Shown here one piece after another: positions 31,838-41,643 of a DNA stretch of 41,925 nucleotides. Below the pieces are notes generated by a model. That model was not told the DNA's origin. It worked only from the letters and a program-made list of their open reading frames with translations, and ran no database searches. The stretch covers positions 1-41,925 of the forward strand of contig CALVSM010000002.1 in assembly GCA_944359025.1 (NCBI GenBank). The letters are read 5' to 3'. The position numbers and the translations under genes are program-made. The stretch's first letter is position 1; the number at the start of each line of letters is the position of its first letter. This DNA comes from an uncultured Bacilli bacterium (GTDB lineage Bacteria; Bacillota_I; Bacilli_A; RF39; UBA660).

Positions 31838-34648
31838 TTATTTTAAATAGTCTTTTAAAAATTGTCCAGTATAACTTTCTTTAACTTTAACTACTTCTTC
31901 AGGAGTCCCACAAGCGACAATGCTTCCTCCTTCATCGCCACCTTCAGGACCCAAATCGATAATATAATCAGCTACTTTAATAATATCTAAATTGTGTTCA
32001 ATTACTAAAACCGTATCACCATTATCGACAATCTTTTGTAAAATGACTAACAACTTCTTGATATCAAAACTATGTAAACCAGTACTTGGTTCATCTAAGA
32101 TAAATAAACTTTTACCCGTAGGTTTTTTTTGTAATTCTTTAGCTAACTTTACTCTAGCTGCTTCCCCACCGGATAAAGTAGGCGCACTTTGTCCTAATTT
32201 AATATAAGATAAACCAACATCCATTAACATTTGTAATTTAGATTTAACTTTAGGAACATTTTCAAAAAAATCAATTGCTTCTTCGACACGCATTTCTAAA
32301 ACATCATAGATACTTTTTCCTTTGTATTTAATTTGTAATGTTTCTTGATTATATCTAGTTCCATGACATACCTCACAAGGAACATAAACATCCGGTAAAA
32401 AATGCATTTCGATTTTTTTAACACCATCGCCCCAACAAGCTTCACATCTTCCCCCTTTAACATTAAAAGAAAATCTTCCTTTATCATAGCCTCTAATCTT
32501 AGCTTCTTTCGTATTCGCAAACACTTCTCTTATGTCGTCAAATACTCCAGTATAAGTAGCAGGGTTAGATCTTGGTGTTCTACCGATTGGTGCTTGCGAT
32601 ATATCAATTACTTTATCGATATTTTCTAAACCTTTAATTTGTTTATGTAAACCAGGTTTTTCTTTAAATTTATACAAATTACTAGCTACTGCTTTATATA
32701 AAATTTCATTGATTAAAGTTGATTTCCCACTACCTGATACTCCAGTTATACAAGTGAATGTATTTAAAGGTATTTTAACATTAATGTTTTTTAAATTATT
32801 TTCTTTAGCGCCAATAATTTCCAAATATTTTTTATTACCTTTTCTTCTTTTTGAAGGTACTTCTATTTTATCGATACCAGCTAAAAATCTTCCAGTGATA
32901 CTATTTTTGTTAGCCATTACTTCTTTAGGTGTGCCACAAGCAACTACTTCCCCACCGTGTAAGCCTGCAAGTGGTCCGATATCAACTAAATAATCACTAG
33001 CTAACATCGTATCAGTATCGTGTTCAACAACGATTAAAGTGTTACCTAAATCACGCATTTCCAATAAAGAATTAATTAAACGATTATTGTCTCTTTGATG
33101 TAAACCAATACTTGGTTCATCCAAAACATATAAAACACCGGTTAACCTTGAACCAATTTGCGTAGCTAATCTAATTCTTCCCGCTTCGCCTCCTGATAAA
33201 GTCCCAGCACTTCTATTTAAAGTTAAATATTCTAACCCAACATTAATTAAAAATGAAAGACGAGCTAATATTTCTTTAATAATAAGTTCTGATATGCTTT
33301 GTTGTTCTTTGGTTAGTTTTAAATTAGATAAGAAATCTTTTAATTCTTTAATACTTAATTTAGTTATTTCATAAATATTTTTCTTATTAATTAAAACGGA
33401 TAAAACGGAATCATCTAATCTAGCCCCTTTACAAGTAGGACAAATTGATTCCATCATATAGTTTTCGATCCATTCTCTTATCCAATTACTTTTAGTTTCC
33501 ATATATCTTCTTTCTAAATTAGTAATTACCCCTTCATAATAATCTTTACTATTACGCGTATTACCATTTTTAGAAACATATTTAAATTCTAAAATATCTT
33601 TTGAGCCATACAAAATAATATCTAATTTAGCTTTATCCAATTTTTTTATTGGTGTATTAAGATCTATATCATAATATTTAGCTACTGTTTCAATTTGCGT
33701 TCTTGAAGTGTTATCATCGTTTAAATTTAAAGATACGATAGCACCTTCATTAATACTTAAATCTTTATTAGGAATAATTAAATCTTCATCGATTTTTAAT
33801 TTTATTCCTAAACCTTTACAATCTTCACAAGCACCATATGGTGAATTAAAACTAAACATTCTTGGTTCTAGTTCTGGTAACGAGAAATCACATTTTGGAC
33901 AAGCATAGTTTTCACTCATAATAATTTCATCTTGACCGATAACATCAATGACTACTTTTCCTTTACTTAATTTAGAAGCTAATTCGATTGATTCATATAA
34001 TCTACTTCTTATTTCCTCTTTAATAATTAAACGGTCAATTACCACTTTAATAAAATGCTTTTTATTTTTTTCTAAAGATATATCTTCACTTAATTCATAT
34101 TCATTATCGTCGATAATTACTCTTACATAACCTTCTTTTTTTAATCTTTCTAATAAATCTTTATGAGTTCCTTTTTCACCATAAACAACAGGACTTAAAA
34201 CTCTAATTTTAGTACCAATTTCTAAATTCATAATTTGATTAGTCATTTCCTCGATACTTTGACTAGTAATCGGCTCTTTATGAATCGGACAATATGGTAC
34301 ACCAATTCTTGCGTATAGCAATCTTAAATAATCATATATTTCAGTAATTGTTCCAACTGTACTACGAGGATTTTTATTAGTTGTTTTTTGATCGATACTA
34401 ATTGAAGGACTCAAACCTTCGATACTATCGACATCAGGTTTATCAGTACCACCTAAAAACTGTCTAGCATAAGCAGACAAGCTTTCGACATATCTTCTTT
34501 GACCTTCAGCATAAATCGTATCAAAAGCCAAACTACTTTTCCCACTACCTGATACTCCTGTCATAACAATTAATTTATTTTTAGGTAGTTCAATATTTAT
34601 ATTTTTTAAATTATTTTCTCTTGCTCCTTTAATAATTATTTTGTCCAT
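31838..34648 (-). CDS. uvrA: Excinuclease ABC subunit A
   Basis: It has two ABC modules (GVSGSGKSSLAF and GVSGSGKSTL), LSGGE signatures and zinc-finger cysteines. The start is at ATG 34648 (MDKIIIKGAREN) after GAGGTG. Confidence 0.97.
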   Translation of the reverse strand: MDKIIIKGARENNLKNINIELPKNKLIVMTGVSGSGKSSLAFDTIYAEGQRRYVESLSAYARQFLGGTDKPDVDSIEGLSPSISIDQKTTNKNPRSTVGTITEIYDYLRLLYARIGVPYCPIHKEPITSQSIEEMTNQIMNLEIGTKIRVLSPVVYGEKGTHKDLLERLKKEGYVRVIIDDNEYELSEDISLEKNKKHFIKVVIDRLIIKEEIRSRLYESIELASKLSKGKVVIDVIGQDEIIMSENYACPKCDFSLPELEPRMFSFNSPYGACEDCKGLGIKLKIDEDLIIPNKDLSINEGAIVSLNLNDDNTSRTQIETVAKYYDIDLNTPIKKLDKAKLDIILYGSKDILEFKYVSKNGNTRNSKDYYEGVITNLERRYMETKSNWIREWIENYMMESICPTCKGARLDDSVLSVLINKKNIYEITKLSIKELKDFLSNLKLTKEQQSISELIIKEILARLSFLINVGLEYLTLNRSAGTLSGGEAGRIRLATQIGSRLTGVLYVLDEPSIGLHQRDNNRLINSLLEMRDLGNTLIVVEHDTDTMLASDYLVDIGPLAGLHGGEVVACGTPKEVMANKNSITGRFLAGIDKIEVPSKRRKGNKKYLEIIGAKENNLKNINVKIPLNTFTCITGVSGSGKSTLINEILYKAVASNLYKFKEKPGLHKQIKGLENIDKVIDISQAPIGRTPRSNPATYTGVFDDIREVFANTKEAKIRGYDKGRFSFNVKGGRCEACWGDGVKKIEMHFLPDVYVPCEVCHGTRYNQETLQIKYKGKSIYDVLEMRVEEAIDFFENVPKVKSKLQMLMDVGLSYIKLGQSAPTLSGGEAARVKLAKELQKKPTGKSLFILDEPSTGLHSFDIKKLLVILQKIVDNGDTVLVIEHNLDIIKVADYIIDLGPEGGDEGGSIVACGTPEEVVKVKESYTGQFLKDYLK

Positions 34649-34719
34649 AAAACACCTCACAAACATTAATTATTATACCATATTTTAGTGTTTAAATAAT
34701 TTAAAAAAACATTAAAATT

Positions 34720-35544
34720 TTAATGTTTTTTATACTTAAATAAATAACTAGGTCGATGTCCTCCACCTGTTTGCATTTTATCAGTCTTCTCAACTTTATC
34801 AGCAATTATTCTTCTAAAAGCAGGATCTAATAATTTTTTGCCTAAAATAGTTTCATAAACTTGTTGTAATTCTCCTAAAGTAAAATATTCAGGCATCATA
34901 TTAAAGACAATATCAGTATATTCAATTTTATTTTTTAATCTTTCAATTCCAGCTAAAATAACTAAAGGATGATCAAAAGCTAATTTATCATTTTCTAATA
35001 CTTCAAATTTATAACGATCAGTTGTTAATTCTTTTAAAGTTTTTTTGATTTTAAATTTTATTTCTTCTAAACCATTTTCTAAATAAATATCAACTAGATT
35101 ATTTTCTTCTGAAATATGGATATTAAACCAAGAAGCATTAGAATGTAATTTTTCATTTAATCTATTTTTATCGATTAAAGCCATATAAGAAGTAGATATA
35201 ATTCGCATTCTTGGATCCCGATCAACTGCTCCATAAGTATATAGTTGTTCTAAATAAATATTGTGTAAATTGGTTTCTTTAGCTAATATTCTTTTAGGGG
35301 CATCTTCTAAATCTTCATCTATTTGGACGAAACCACCTGGTAGACACCATTTATCTTTAAATGGATAATCATCTCTTTTTACTAATAAAACACTAAAATA
35401 TTTTTTACTTAATTTACGATAATTATTAGTAACTTCTGAAGAAATACTAAAAATAAGAATATCGGTTGTTAGTGATAGTTTATCAAATTTACTTGCATCA
35501 TAATCTTTTAAAAATTCTTCTTCACTATTGTATATCTTTTCCAT
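34720..35544 (-). CDS. nrtR: NrtR-type Nudix-related transcriptional regulator of NAD metabolism
   Basis: The N-terminal Nudix fold has a degenerate Nudix box (LPGGFVQIDEDLEDAPKRILAKETNL). A C-terminal winged-helix part follows (FTLGELQQVYETILGKKLLDPAFRR). It lies next to NAD genes. Confidence 0.7.
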   Translation of the reverse strand: MEKIYNSEEEFLKDYDASKFDKLSLTTDILIFSISSEVTNNYRKLSKKYFSVLLVKRDDYPFKDKWCLPGGFVQIDEDLEDAPKRILAKETNLHNIYLEQLYTYGAVDRDPRMRIISTSYMALIDKNRLNEKLHSNASWFNIHISEENNLVDIYLENGLEEIKFKIKKTLKELTTDRYKFEVLENDKLAFDHPLVILAGIERLKNKIEYTDIVFNMMPEYFTLGELQQVYETILGKKLLDPAFRRIIADKVEKTDKMQTGGGHRPSYLFKYKKH

Positions 35545-35615
35545 ACAACACCTCTTAATTAATTATAACAATTATTTAGTAATAAGTAAATCTTTTTAAA
35601 ATTTTATTAATAAGA

Positions 35616-36398
35616 TTATTTGATAAATTTTTCATTTATTTTTTTAGTGTAATCATATTCTTCTAAATGTAATAACATTATCTTATTTTTAATTGAGGTA
35701 TTTATTTTTTTTACTTCATCGTAAATATAATTTTCGCCATCAATAGTTAAAATAAGACTATTATTAGTTTTTAAAGTTATGGTTCTTTCTTTAGCAATAA
35801 CTAATGAATTTACTAAACTATGATAACTTTTATTATTTAAAGGAGCGATAGGGGTTATTTGTAAAGTATGTAATTCATTATATATAATACTTCCACCAAA
35901 GCTTAAATTATAAGCAGTTGAGCCAAATGAAGTAGATATTAAAATTCCATCACCGACAAAATCTTCTAATTTTATATTATCGATAATGACTTCTAATTTT
36001 AAGGTATTTAGGTTTTCTTCTCTTAAAACTATTTCATTTAATGATTTATAGTTATCGACTTTATCATTTAAAAATACTTTTGTATACTGAATACCAATTT
36101 CTTCTATTTTATACTGTGATTTACTTAATTTTTCTAAAAATTTATCAATTTCATTAGGATAAATTTCTTGAGCAAAACCTAATGTTCCTGTATTGATGCC
36201 AATATAACATATATTTTCATTAAATTCACATTCTTTAACCATTCTTAAAAATGAACCATCGCCACCAATAGCAATAGCTAAATCAAAATTAGTTTCTACT
36301 AATTCAAATGGATAGTTTTTTATTTTTTCTTTGATTTCTTTTACTATTTTTAAAGAAGTTATATTATTATTAGGGAAAAGTTTTATTCTTTTTATCAT
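35616..36398 (-). CDS. nadK: NAD kinase
   Basis: It has the IAIGGDGSFLR motif and a C-terminal ST.FGSTAYNLS motif, across 260 aa. Confidence 0.9.
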   Translation of the reverse strand: MIKRIKLFPNNNITSLKIVKEIKEKIKNYPFELVETNFDLAIAIGGDGSFLRMVKECEFNENICYIGINTGTLGFAQEIYPNEIDKFLEKLSKSQYKIEEIGIQYTKVFLNDKVDNYKSLNEIVLREENLNTLKLEVIIDNIKLEDFVGDGILISTSFGSTAYNLSFGGSIIYNELHTLQITPIAPLNNKSYHSLVNSLVIAKERTITLKTNNSLILTIDGENYIYDEVKKINTSIKNKIMLLHLEEYDYTKKINEKFIK

Positions 36399-36404
36399 TT
36401 CATA

Positions 36405-36956
36405 TCACCCATATAATTTATATTTTTTAATATAATTTAAAACATTATCATCAAGGAATTGATTTAGTTTATCAAATTTGTTTTCTTTGATTAAATTTCT
36501 AATCATCGTTGAAGAAATATTTAATTTTAAATTATTTTTGATTATGTATTTTTTTATATTATATTTATTTAAATAATAATTAATATCGATATTATCCCGA
36601 TTGATTATTATTAAGTCATAGTTTAAAATTTGTTGATAATTTTGCCATTTATCAAATTCAATTAAATTATCAGCACCAATTATTAAAAATAGTTCATTAT
36701 AAATTTTACTTAATTCATTTAAAATTAGATAAGTATATTTTAAATTATTAAGTGTTTCATTAATAATTATTTTTTCATTTTGATAAAATTTCCACATATT
36801 TATTCGATGGTTGATATCGACTAAATCATTTTTATTCCAATAATTACCAGTTGGTACAATAATAACTTTATCTAAATCATTTAATAATTCATTTACAATT
36901 TGAATATGTCCTTTATGAACAGGATTGAAACTACCAACATAAACACCTATTTTCAA
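36405..36956 (-). CDS. nadD: Nicotinate-nucleotide adenylyltransferase
   Basis: It has MKIGVYVGSFNPVHKGHI ((H/T)xGH motif) and a C-terminal ISST.IR motif. Confidence 0.88.
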   Translation of the reverse strand: MKIGVYVGSFNPVHKGHIQIVNELLNDLDKVIIVPTGNYWNKNDLVDINHRINMWKFYQNEKIIINETLNNLKYTYLILNELSKIYNELFLIIGADNLIEFDKWQNYQQILNYDLIIINRDNIDINYYLNKYNIKKYIIKNNLKLNISSTMIRNLIKENKFDKLNQFLDDNVLNYIKKYKLYG

Positions 36957-36960
36957 TTTA

Positions 36961-37716
36961 TCATCTCCTATACGTAGGAATATTAAATTTGTGAAGATTA
37001 TTATTATGTAGTTTTTTTATTTTAGTGGCGATTTCTTCTTCGACAGTTTCTCCATCCATATATTTAGCAATATCACTATATTTAACACCTAATTTATCTT
37101 CATCAGTTTGATTAGATAAACCATCGTTTGGTGTTTTATATAATACTTTTTCTGGCACTTTTAAATATTCGCCTATTTTAATAACTTCTTCGACGGTAAA
37201 ATCAGCAATTGGTGCGATATCATGAACAGAATCGCCACCTTTAGTAAAGTAACCAACATATAACTCACATTTATTAGATGTACCAGCTACTAAATATGTT
37301 TGACCATTTATCGCACTATATAAAGCTGCTAAATAATATAAAGTTGCCATTCTTAATCTTGGTTTTAAATTAATGTCACTATTTTTTAATTCTTCTTCTT
37401 TAAAATTACCTAATTTTTTTAATTCTTCTTTAAAGACATCAAATGTATTGGTAATATCAAAATTAATTAATTTAAAGCCATAATAATCACTAATTAGTTT
37501 AGCATCAGTTTTATCTTCTTCTTTAGAATGACATGGTAAAGTAACACCAATTATATTATCCTTACCTAAAGCTTTTACCATTAATGCCGCAACTACTGCT
37601 GAATCTTTACCACCACTAATACCTAAAATAGCTCCTTTTAAATTGTTTTCTTGATAATATTTTTTAATAAAATTAATTACATTTTTCGTTTCTTTTTCAA
37701 CATTAAATTTTTTCAT
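36961..37716 (-). CDS. nadE: NH3-dependent NAD+ synthetase
   Basis: It has the GISGGKDSAV PP-loop and is 251 aa. Confidence 0.9.
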   Translation of the reverse strand: MKKFNVEKETKNVINFIKKYYQENNLKGAILGISGGKDSAVVAALMVKALGKDNIIGVTLPCHSKEEDKTDAKLISDYYGFKLINFDITNTFDVFKEELKKLGNFKEEELKNSDINLKPRLRMATLYYLAALYSAINGQTYLVAGTSNKCELYVGYFTKGGDSVHDIAPIADFTVEEVIKIGEYLKVPEKVLYKTPNDGLSNQTDEDKLGVKYSDIAKYMDGETVEEEIATKIKKLHNNNLHKFNIPTYRR

Positions 37717-38791
37717 AATTTCCTCCTAATTTTTTTCTTACTTTAGCAATAATTTCTTTTTTACCGTTGTGTAATACAGTTAATGATTTTTTATTATTTA
37801 AAGTTGTAATTATTTCCGCTATTTGTTTAGAACAATCTACTTCATAATACCAATCACTATTTTTAATAACAGTTGGCACATAAGATAAGTTAGTTGAATA
37901 TAACTTATTAAAATAACCATTATTATATGCTTCAATAAAATTATCAACACCTTCTGTCAATAAAGCAAATGTAGCGATTAAATATATTTTTCTTGCTCCT
38001 TTTAGTTTTAATTCTTTAGCTGTCTCAATCATCGAATTACCAGAAGCTATCATATCATCGACAATAATAATATCTTTATTTTTAACATCTGCACCCATAT
38101 AAACATGTTCGACAATCGGATTTTTACCATTGATAACTTTACTTAAATCTCTTCTTTTATAAAATACCCCAACATCACAGCCTAATACTTCGGCATAATA
38201 TCTAGCTCGTTCCATTGCTCCCATATCAGGACTAATAACTAAAATATTGTTAATATCTTCTTTATCGATTAAATCACTAATAATAGTATGGGTAGGATAA
38301 AAATTTTCAAAAGGTAGTTTAGGGATAGCATTTGATACATTAGGATCATGAGCATCAAAAGTTATAATATTGTTGACACCTAAACTTTCTAATTCTTGTA
38401 AAGCAATCGCACAATCTAATGATTCTCTTCCATTACGTTTATGCTGTCTTGATTGATATAGTAATGGCATAATTAAATTAATACGTTCAGCATGACCACT
38501 TGTCGCACTGATTACCCTTTTAATATCTTGAAAATGTTCATCAGGTGACATATAATGTGTCATTCCGTGTAATTGATAATTGATATTATAATTTCCTACA
38601 TCAGATATAATGTATAAATCTTTATCTCTTACTGTATCTTCGATTTTTACTTTCCCTTCACCATTAGCAAAACGGCTATTAACTATCGATACCAAATAAT
38701 TATTTTTATTATTTAATTTTTCTAGATTTTCATTAACTTTTAAACCTAATTCTAAGCAATTTTCTAAGACGATTAATTTTAAATCATTCAT
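37703..38791 (-). CDS. prs: Ribose-phosphate pyrophosphokinase (long, divergent Prs-like form embedded in the NAD cluster)
   Basis: It has the PRPP-binding loop IIIVDDMIASGNSM and the FDAHDP motif. It is 362 aa, against about 315 for housekeeping Prs. Confidence 0.75.
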   Translation of the reverse strand: MNDLKLIVLENCLELGLKVNENLEKLNNKNNYLVSIVNSRFANGEGKVKIEDTVRDKDLYIISDVGNYNINYQLHGMTHYMSPDEHFQDIKRVISATSGHAERINLIMPLLYQSRQHKRNGRESLDCAIALQELESLGVNNIITFDAHDPNVSNAIPKLPFENFYPTHTIISDLIDKEDINNILVISPDMGAMERARYYAEVLGCDVGVFYKRRDLSKVINGKNPIVEHVYMGADVKNKDIIIVDDMIASGNSMIETAKELKLKGARKIYLIATFALLTEGVDNFIEAYNNGYFNKLYSTNLSYVPTVIKNSDWYYEVDCSKQIAEIITTLNNKKSLTVLHNGKKEIIAKVRKKLGGNYEKI

Positions 38792-38794
38792 ACT

Positions 38795-39382
38795 TCACCT
38801 CTTAATATAATTTTTAGATTTAGCTAAAGCTAATTTAGTATTTGCTCCTTTAATATAACCTAATTTTTCTAACTCTTCTAATTCCTCATAATTAAATAAC
38901 ATATATTTAACTAATTCATCTTTATCTAATTGTTGAGGATATTTTTTCTTACAATTATAAGCGATAAAAATATAATTATAAGCACTTGAACATCCTTCAT
39001 CTTGATAAAAAGCATCGATTTGTTCAAGATGTTCTGGAACATAACCTGTCTCTTCTTGTAATTCTCGTAATGCAGCAATTTTAGGATTTTCACCTTTTTC
39101 AATGTAACCAGCAGGAAAACCAATTCCAACTGTTTCCTTAGTAAAAACTCGTGGTTCGATTACTACTAATACTTCATTATTTTCTGTTATTGGCATAATA
39201 ATTACCGCACTACCATCATTAGTTCCTTTAATTAATTTTTCTCTTTTAATAATACTACCATTATTTAGATAACACTCATAACCTTGACTTTTAATAAAAC
39301 CATTCAATTCTTTTTTTTCTAATTTAATTGTTTTTAATTGTTCAATATAACTTTTTAATTCTTCTAATTTTTCTTTGCGCAT
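38795..39382 (-). CDS. Nudix hydrolase (ADP-ribose pyrophosphatase-like)
   Basis: It has a canonical Nudix box, GYIEKGENPKIAALRELQEETGY. Confidence 0.8.
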   Translation of the reverse strand: MRKEKLEELKSYIEQLKTIKLEKKELNGFIKSQGYECYLNNGSIIKREKLIKGTNDGSAVIIMPITENNEVLVVIEPRVFTKETVGIGFPAGYIEKGENPKIAALRELQEETGYVPEHLEQIDAFYQDEGCSSAYNYIFIAYNCKKKYPQQLDKDELVKYMLFNYEELEELEKLGYIKGANTKLALAKSKNYIKR

Positions 39383-40824
39383 TTGACTAATTGTTTACCT
39401 CCTTGCGATACAACTTGTTCGATTAATTCCTTTTTTAGTTTTAATAGTTTTTTACTTAAATCAACATAATAACCATGAGGATTAGAACTTCTTTTAATTT
39501 CTGGATATATGGTTTTGAATTCTTGGTCACAATACTCTTTACTTTCTTTAGCACTTGGAACGTCATAAACTTGCGTACCATCGATAAATATTGGAACTTG
39601 TAGTTCTCTTACATCATAATTAGTAATTGTTGTTTGTTTCCATTCAGCATTAGGATCAATTAAAGTATATTTGTCTTTAGGAATTATCTCATCATTTAAT
39701 ATTATAACATCGCCTAAAGCATAATTAGTTGTTTTATCATAAAAGCGATAAACTTTTTTATATCCTGGATTAATTGTTTTAATAGTATCATTACTTACTT
39801 TTATTTTAGGAATTAATTCTCCTTCTTTTTCAACAGCTACTAATTTATATACCCCACCGACTCTTTCTTTAGATGCTGCTATATTATCGCCTACACCTAA
39901 TGAATCAAAACAAGCTTCTTGATTAACTAAACTTTTAATAGTTTCCTCATTTAAACCATTACTTAAACATATCGTTGTATCTTTATATCCCGCATCATCT
40001 AATAGTCTTCTTGCTTCTTTAGAAAGATAAGCTAAATCACCACTATCGATTCTAATTCCTTTAAATTTATAACCATTAGGTTTTAAATACTCATTAGCAA
40101 CTCTAATTGCATTAGGGATACCACTTCTTAAAGTATCAAAAGTATCAACTAAGAAAACACAATTATCTGGATTGCTTTTCGCATAGTCTAAGAATGCTTC
40201 ATATTCACTATCTGCATCACAAATCATACTATGAGCCATCGTCCCCATTAAAGGTAAATCATATTTTTTAGCTGCTAAAGTATTACTTGTTCCACAACAT
40301 CCACCAACATAAGCATATTTAGAAGCTTCAATCGCTGAATCAATTCCCCTAGCTCGTCTCGCTCCAAATTCCATTACTGGTTTATCCGTAGCACTTGTTA
40401 TTCTTTTACTTGCAGTAGTTACTAAAGAACCATGGTTAAAACAAGTAAGTAAAGCTGTTTCAATTAATTGGGCTTCAATTATATTAGCTCTAACAGTTAT
40501 AACCGGCTCATTAGGAAATATTACGGTACCATCAGGAATAGCAAATATATCACCAGTAAATTTTAAATTTTTTAAATAGTTTAAAAATTCCTCACTAAAT
40601 TTATTTAAACTTCTTAAATAATTTATATCATCTTCACTTATTTTAAAATTATTGATATATTCAACTATATTATCTAATCCACCCATAATAGTATAGCCAC
40701 CATTAAAAGGATTTTTTCTAAAGAACACATCAAAATAAACTTTTTTATCTTGTTCTTTTTTATCAAAATAAGTTTGAGCCATCGTCAACTCATAAAAATC
40801 AGTCATTAATGTTTTATTTGTCAT
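39364..40824 (-). CDS. pncB: Nicotinate phosphoribosyltransferase
   Basis: LMTDFYELTMAQTYF is the typical N-terminus. It has the phospho-His region GTMAHS and is 486 aa. Confidence 0.92.
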   Translation of the reverse strand: MTNKTLMTDFYELTMAQTYFDKKEQDKKVYFDVFFRKNPFNGGYTIMGGLDNIVEYINNFKISEDDINYLRSLNKFSEEFLNYLKNLKFTGDIFAIPDGTVIFPNEPVITVRANIIEAQLIETALLTCFNHGSLVTTASKRITSATDKPVMEFGARRARGIDSAIEASKYAYVGGCCGTSNTLAAKKYDLPLMGTMAHSMICDADSEYEAFLDYAKSNPDNCVFLVDTFDTLRSGIPNAIRVANEYLKPNGYKFKGIRIDSGDLAYLSKEARRLLDDAGYKDTTICLSNGLNEETIKSLVNQEACFDSLGVGDNIAASKERVGGVYKLVAVEKEGELIPKIKVSNDTIKTINPGYKKVYRFYDKTTNYALGDVIILNDEIIPKDKYTLIDPNAEWKQTTITNYDVRELQVPIFIDGTQVYDVPSAKESKEYCDQEFKTIYPEIKRSSNPHGYYVDLSKKLLKLKKELIEQVVSQGGKQLVKCAKKN

Positions 40825-41411
40825 TTTTTATCCCTCCTTTTAACTAATTGAATTCCTGATTGTTCTAAAAACTTATAAGCCATTTTTGTATATTCATCTC
40901 GGTTGTGATAAGCTGCATCGTATGTTTCTACAGCATTAGTAGGAACGATAATATCAACTTTTTGATTATTTTGATCAAAATAATTTTGAAGTGGAATAGC
41001 TAGATTCATATCACATATATCAGTACAACAACCAGTAATAATAACTTCTTTTAAATTTTTCATTCTTTGAATATCTTCCATAAAATTAGGGGCGAAAATC
41101 GCACTTGTTGAATTTTTTGAATAAACTAATGCCTCTTTTTCATAAGGTTTTAATTCGTCAACTAATTCAGCTTCTTCTGTTCCAATTACACAATGAATAG
41201 GAAATCTTTCAAACTCACGACAACCTAATTCATGATTATCTTTAATAAAAGCTAAACCTTCGTTTTTTTCTAATATCATTTTAATTAATCTTAATTGTTC
41301 AGGAATGATATGAGCTATTTTTTTATCTGCCATTGCTCCTTCTTTGACAAAACCGTTAACCATATCAACGATAATCAATAATTGTTTTAACTCTTCTAAT
41401 TCTTTTTTCAT
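40821..41411 (-). CDS. pncA: Nicotinamidase (isochorismatase family)
   Basis: It has LLIIVDMVNGF and the catalytic Cys context ITGCCTDICD. It is the first gene of the NAD salvage operon. Confidence 0.8.
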   Translation of the reverse strand: MKKELEELKQLLIIVDMVNGFVKEGAMADKKIAHIIPEQLRLIKMILEKNEGLAFIKDNHELGCREFERFPIHCVIGTEEAELVDELKPYEKEALVYSKNSTSAIFAPNFMEDIQRMKNLKEVIITGCCTDICDMNLAIPLQNYFDQNNQKVDIIVPTNAVETYDAAYHNRDEYTKMAYKFLEQSGIQLVKRRDKK

Positions 41412-41485
41412 AAAATTACCTCTTTCTAATTTTTTGTTAATAACAAAATATATTTTTTTAAGCAGTTTTTCTGCTTGTTACTAAC

Positions 41486-41514
41486 ATTATATTAAAAACA
41501 TTTTAATTTGTCAA
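41486..41514 (-). promoter_or_regulatory. Consensus sigma-A promoter of the pncA operon (TTGACA-N17-TATAAT) embedded in an 8-bp-arm inverted repeat
   Basis: On the minus strand the -35 TTGACA is at 41509..41514 and the -10 TATAAT at 41486..41491. The inverted repeat AAAAACAT-N14-ATGTTTTT (41495..41524) brackets the -35 and is a candidate repressor (NrtR?) operator. Confidence 0.5.
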
Positions 41515-41643
41515 TATGTTTTTAACATTTTTTTAAAAAGAGATGAATTTTAATAAAAAAAGACTAAATATATTAATTTAATCTTCCTAATTTAAGTTTA
41601 ATATTCAATAATATTATTTTATAAATTTTTATTTGCTATATTT

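Noticed and set aside
31992-34130. Seven short ORFs (six plus-strand, one minus-strand) inside uvrA (31992..32207, 32296..32520, 32402..32629, 32709..32993, 33708..33908, 33948..34130).
   Set aside because: All lie within the strongly supported uvrA CDS, either antisense or out of frame. They are typical AT-rich shadow ORFs.
41434-41524. The palindromes upstream of pncA could be assigned as bona fide NrtR boxes.
   Set aside because: I cannot recall the lineage-specific NrtR consensus with confidence, and I found no matching copy upstream of nrtR by eye. They are reported only as candidate operators.
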